Source: Escherichia coli (GTDB lineage: Bacteria; Pseudomonadota; Gammaproteobacteria; Enterobacterales; Enterobacteriaceae). From it: 64,000 nucleotides of DNA. This document shows, in pieces, positions 60,407 to 64,000 of this stretch. Location: the NCBI RefSeq assembly GCF_045037415.1, contig NZ_CP173438.1. One strand, given 5' to 3'. How positions within the stretch are numbered: position 1 is the first letter of the stretch; each line of letters opens with the position of its first letter. The notes beneath the pieces were generated by a model. That model was not told the origin of the DNA. It searched no databases and saw nothing but the letters and a program-made list of their open reading frames with translations. The translations under genes and the position numbers were made by a program.

Positions 60407-60798
60407 AACACACTGACATTCGTGCCGCAGTGCTGGATGCACTCGAGCAGCATGAACACGGGGCGACGCTGTTTGATGGTCGCCCCGTTGTTTTTGACGA
60501 AGAGGATTTTCCTGCGATCGCGGTTTATCTGACGGATGCAGAGTATACCGGTGAAGAGCTGGATGCAGATACCTGGCGGGCCACGCTGCATATTGAGGTG
60601 TTTTTACCGGCACAGGTACCGGATTCAGAGCTTGATCAGTGGATGGAAAGCCGGATTTACCCGGCGATGACCGCGATCCCGGCACTGGCAGGACTGATTA
60701 CCACGATGGTTACGCAGGGCTATGAGTATCGTCGTGATGACGATATGGCGTTATGGAGTTCTGCAGATCTGACTTATTCCATTACATACGAGATGTGA
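60403..60798 (+). CDS. U: tail terminator protein U
   Basis: 131-aa ORF in the lambda gpU position and of matching length. Confidence 0.8.
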   Translation: MKHTDIRAAVLDALEQHEHGATLFDGRPVVFDEEDFPAIAVYLTDAEYTGEELDADTWRATLHIEVFLPAQVPDSELDQWMESRIYPAMTAIPALAGLITTMVTQGYEYRRDDDMALWSSADLTYSITYEM

Positions 60799-60805
60799 GG
60801 ACGAT

Positions 60806-61558
60806 ATGGCAACACCAAATCCCCTTGAGCCGGTAAAAGGTGCCGGTACCACTCTGTGGGTTTACAACGGCAAGGGTGATGCTTATGCAAACCCGTTGTC
60901 AGACGATGACTGGCAGCGACTGGCTAAGGTGAAGGATCTGACGCCGGGCGAGATGACGGCAGAATCCTACGATGATAACTACCTGGATGATGAAGACGCG
61001 GACTGGACCGCGACCGGGCAGGGGCAGAAATCTGCAGGTGATACCAGTTTTACGCTGGCCTGGAAACCGGGAGAGGAAGGCCAGAAAGGGCTTATAGGCT
61101 GGTTTGAAAGCGGCGATGTCCGGGCCTATAAAATCCGTTTTCCGAATGGCACGGTGGATGTGTTTCGTGGCTGGGTCAGCAGTATCGGTAAGGCCGTGAC
61201 GGCGAAAGAAGTGATCACCCGCACGGTGAAAGTCACTAACGTGGGTAAACCTTCTGTAGCGGAAGAACGCAGCAAAATTACGCCGGTCAGTGCGATTAAG
61301 GTGACGCCGACATCCGGTACGGTGGCAAAAGGGAAAACAACCACCCTGACGGTTTCTTTTGAGCCGGAAAGTGCAACCGACAAGACGTTCAGAGCGGTTT
61401 CCGCCGATCCGTCGAAAGCCACCATTAGTGTGAAAGATATGACAATTACGGTAAACGGCGTGGCGACAGGTAAGGTGCAGATCCCTGTGGTGAGCGGAAA
61501 TGGTCAGTTCGCCGCAGTGGCTGAAGTCACCGTTACTGAAGCGGGCGCTGCAGGGTAA
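60806..61558 (+). CDS. V: major tail tube protein V
   Basis: 250-aa ORF closely resembling lambda gpV ([71 protein letters not shown]...). Confidence 0.9.
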   Translation: MATPNPLEPVKGAGTTLWVYNGKGDAYANPLSDDDWQRLAKVKDLTPGEMTAESYDDNYLDDEDADWTATGQGQKSAGDTSFTLAWKPGEEGQKGLIGWFESGDVRAYKIRFPNGTVDVFRGWVSSIGKAVTAKEVITRTVKVTNVGKPSVAEERSKITPVSAIKVTPTSGTVAKGKTTTLTVSFEPESATDKTFRAVSADPSKATISVKDMTITVNGVATGKVQIPVVSGNGQFAAVAEVTVTEAGAAG

Positions 61559-61571
61559 ACGGAGGTAATAC

Positions 61572-62003
61572 ATGTTTCTGAAAACAGAACAATTTGAATA
61601 TAACGGTGTGTCTGTCACGCTTTCCGAATTGTCTGCGCTGCAGCGTATCGAGCATCTTGCCCTCCTGAAACGGCGTGCAGAACAGGCAGAATCCTGCGGC
61701 AACCTGCAGGTAAGCGTGGAAGATCTCGTCAGAACCGGCGCGTTTCTGGTGGCGATGTCCCTGTGGCATAACCATCCACAGAAAACGCAGTCACCGTCAA
61801 TGAATGAGGCCGTGATGAAGATAGAGCAGGAAGTGCTCACCACCTGGCCTGCCGATGCCATTGCCCGGGCGGAAGACGTGGTGTTGTGCCTGTCCGGGAT
61901 GATCGAAGCTGTTCGTCCGGATACTGATATTACTGAAGTGGCGAAAAATAACACGCTGACTGATGATGATTTTTCTGCGGGAAAGTCTTCGACGGCGAGC
62001 TGA
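61572..62003 (+). CDS. G: tail assembly chaperone G
   Basis: 143-aa ORF MFLKTEQFEYNGVSVTLSELSALQRIEHLAL... resembles lambda gpG. Confidence 0.85.
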   Translation: MFLKTEQFEYNGVSVTLSELSALQRIEHLALLKRRAEQAESCGNLQVSVEDLVRTGAFLVAMSLWHNHPQKTQSPSMNEAVMKIEQEVLTTWPADAIARAEDVVLCLSGMIEAVRPDTDITEVAKNNTLTDDDFSAGKSSTAS

Positions 62004-62443
62004 ACTTTGCCCTCAGACTGGCGCGTGAGATGGGGAGACCCGACTGGCGCGCCATGCTTGCCGGGATGACATCCACCGAATATGCCGACTGGCACCGTTT
62101 TTACCGCACGCATTATTTTCAGGATACCCAGCTGGATATGCATTTTTCCGGGCTGACGTACGCTGTACTCAGCCTGTTTTTTTGCGATCCGGATATGCAT
62201 CCCTCTGATTTCAGTCTGCTTGTCCCCCGGCATGAGGAAGAGCAGGTGGAGAGGCCGGATGAGGACAAAATGCTGATGCAGAAAGCGGCAGGACTTGCCG
62301 GAGGCGTCCGGTTCGGTGGGGACGGAGGGCGCGATATTTTATCGTCTGCGGATGTGGCGGATGTCATGGTGGATGATGCCGCATTAATGATGGCTTCAGC
62401 GGGGATTCCGGGAGGTGTGAGATATGTCCCAGCCGGTTGGTGA
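61572..62443 (+). CDS. tail assembly chaperone G-T fusion made by programmed -1 ribosomal frameshift
   Basis: Slippery heptamer G GGA AAG at 61979-61985 in the G frame; the -1 frame ORF 62030..62443 encodes a gpT-like sequence ending just inside the start of H. Confidence 0.7.
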
Positions 62444-64000
62444 TCTTGTTATTGACCTGAGTCTGGATGCTGTCCGTTTCGATGAGCAGATGAGCCGGGT
62501 AAGGCGTCATTTTTCAGGTCTGGATACCGACGCCAGAAAAACCGCCAGTGCTGTTGAACAGGGCCTGAGCCGCCAGGCGCTGGCTGCACAAAAAGCCGGG
62601 ATTTCCGTCGGGCAGTATAAAGCGGCCATGCGAACCCTGCCCGCACAGTTTACGGATATCGCCACGCAGCTTGCAGGTGGTCAGAATCCCTGGCTGATCC
62701 TGCTGCAACAGGGCGGTCAGGTGAAGGACTCCTTCGGCGGGATGATCCCCATGTTCAGGGGGCTTGCCGGTGCGATCACCCTGCCGATGGTCGGGGTCAC
62801 CTCGCTGGCGGTGGCGACAGGTGCGCTGGTGTACGCCTGGTACCAGGGAGATTCCACGCTTTCAGCGTTTAATAAAACCCTGGTTCTTTCCGGTAATCAG
62901 TCCGGACTGACTGCCGATCGTATGCTGACTCTCTCAAGAGCCGGGCAGGCAGCAGGGCTGACGTTTAACCAGGCGAGAGAGTCACTGGCAGCCCTGGTGA
63001 ATGCCGGTGTGCGTGGTGGTGAACAGTTTGATGCCATCAACCAGAGTGTCGCGCGTTTTGCGTCTGCATCCGGTGTGGAGGTGGATAAAGTCGCTGAAGC
63101 CTTCGGGAAGCTGACCACTGACCCGACGTCGGGACTGATGGCGATGGCGCGCCAGTTCCGTAACGTGACGGCAGAGCAGATTGCGTATGTTGCACAGCTG
63201 CAGCGTTCCGGAGACGAGGCCGGGGCATTGCAGGCGGCGAACGATATCGCCACGAAAGGCTTTGATGAGCAGACCCGTCGCCTGAAAGAAAACATGGGAA
63301 CACTGGAGACCTGGGCGGATAAAACAGGGAAGGCATTCAAATCGATGTGGGATGCCATTCTGGATATCGGTCGTCCGGAATCCTCAGCGGATATGCTCGC
63401 CAGTGCGCAGAAGGCATTTGATGAGGCGGATAAAAAATGGCAGTGGTACCAGAGCCGGAGCCAGCGCCGCGGTAAAACCTCCTCTTTCCGGGCCAACCTT
63501 CAGGGCGCATGGGATGACCGGGAAAATGCCCGTCTGGGTCTGGCAGCGGCAACGCTGCAGTCGGATATGGAAAAAGCCGGTGAACTGGCGGCAAGGGACA
63601 GGGCTGAGCGTGAGTCGTCACAGCTGAAGTATACCGGAGAGGCGCAGAAGGCGTATGAGCGCCTGCTGACGCCACTGGAGAAATATACCGCCCGGCAGGA
63701 AGAGCTGAATAAGGCCCTGAAAGACGGGAAAATCCTGCAGGCGGATTACAACACGCTGATGGCGTCGGCAAAAAAGGATTATGAGTCGACGCAGAAAAAG
63801 CCGTCCGGTGTGAAGGTGTCTGCCGGTGAGCGCCAGGAAGACCAGGCGCATGCAGCCCTGCTGGCGCTTGAAACCGAGCTCAGGACGCTGGAAAAACACA
63901 GCGGTGTGAATGAGAAAATCAGCCAGCAGCGCCGGGATTTATGGGAAGCGGAAAATCAGTATGTGGTCCTGAAAGAGGCCGCCACGAAACGGCAGTTATC
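62424..64000 (+). CDS. H: tail tape measure protein H (5' portion; continues beyond the window)
   Basis: ATG at 62424 opens a frame reading MSQPVGDLVIDLSLDAVRFDEQMSRVRRHF...AGISVGQYKAAMRTLPAQFTD... that resembles lambda gpH and stays open to the window end. Confidence 0.88.
   Translation, partial: MSQPVGDLVIDLSLDAVRFDEQMSRVRRHFSGLDTDARKTASAVEQGLSRQALAAQKAGISVGQYKAAMRTLPAQFTDIATQLAGGQNPWLILLQQGGQVKDSFGGMIPMFRGLAGAITLPMVGVTSLAVATGALVYAWYQGDSTLSAFNKTLVLSGNQSGLTADRMLTLSRAGQAAGLTFNQARESLAALVNAGVRGGEQFDAINQSVARFASASGVEVDKVAEAFGKLTTDPTSGLMAMARQFRNVTAEQIAYVAQLQRSGDEAGALQAANDIATKGFDEQTRRLKENMGTLETWADKTGKAFKSMWDAILDIGRPESSADMLASAQKAFDEADKKWQWYQSRSQRRGKTSSFRANLQGAWDDRENARLGLAAATLQSDMEKAGELAARDRAERESSQLKYTGEAQKAYERLLTPLEKYTARQEELNKALKDGKILQADYNTLMASAKKDYESTQKKPSGVKVSAGERQEDQAHAALLALETELRTLEKHSGVNEKISQQRRDLWEAENQYVVLKEAATKRQL

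Larger units (their letters stand above)
28190..64000. mobile_element. lambda-like prophage integrated in yecE (left end and about 36 kb shown; right end beyond the window)
   Basis: Integrase adjacent to the disrupted yecE, followed by a contiguous lambdoid gene order ending with lambda-like cos and head/tail genes; the left boundary near 28190-28220 is approximate. Confidence 0.88.

Noticed and set aside
62897-63771. Minus-strand ORFs of 199 and 144 aa inside the tape measure gene
   Set aside because: They lie within the long open H frame, which resembles lambda gpH throughout; antisense artefacts.

Overview
This window is an Escherichia coli chromosomal segment, in reverse orientation relative to the K-12 map, followed by a lambda-like prophage. 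The host part runs araH(3' end)-otsBA-uspC-flhDC-motAB-cheAW-tar-(tap remnant)-cheRBYZ-flhBAE, argS, yecM-cutC, torYZ, cmoBA, yecN and a 5'-truncated yecE. From about 28.2 kb to the window end the prophage is integrated in yecE: int/xis, early-left accessory genes, a cI-like repressor, tandem Rha-like modules, O/DnaC/DnaB-like replication genes, a Q-like antiterminator, a cargo region, a phage-21-like pinholin/SAR-endolysin/Rz/Rz1 lysis cassette, a lambda-like cos site, and Nu1-A-W-B-C-D-E-FI-FII-Z-U-V-G-T-H morphogenesis genes (H truncated by the window edge). The most notable locus is in the Q-to-lysis cargo slot (about 43.2-46.2 kb): a visibly AT-rich island carrying a Dcm-family C5 cytosine methyltransferase convergent with a translationally coupled DUF262 (ParB/GmrS-like) plus HEPN (Rx4H motif) gene pair, which I propose as a candidate uncharacterised two-gene restriction-like or abortive-infection module. 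Other points: tap is reduced to a short remnant; the early-right operon has two roughly 300-bp direct repeats with terminator-like hairpins and covarying tetraloop stems upstream of Rha genes; the cI-downstream (rexAB-equivalent) slot holds an HTH-XRE protein and an unknown 121-aa protein; a methyltransferase fragment is joined out of frame to a NanS-like esterase. All calls rest on reading the ORF translations and sequence by eye and on recalled family knowledge; no database search or computation was run, and coordinates derived by hand may be off by a base or two.
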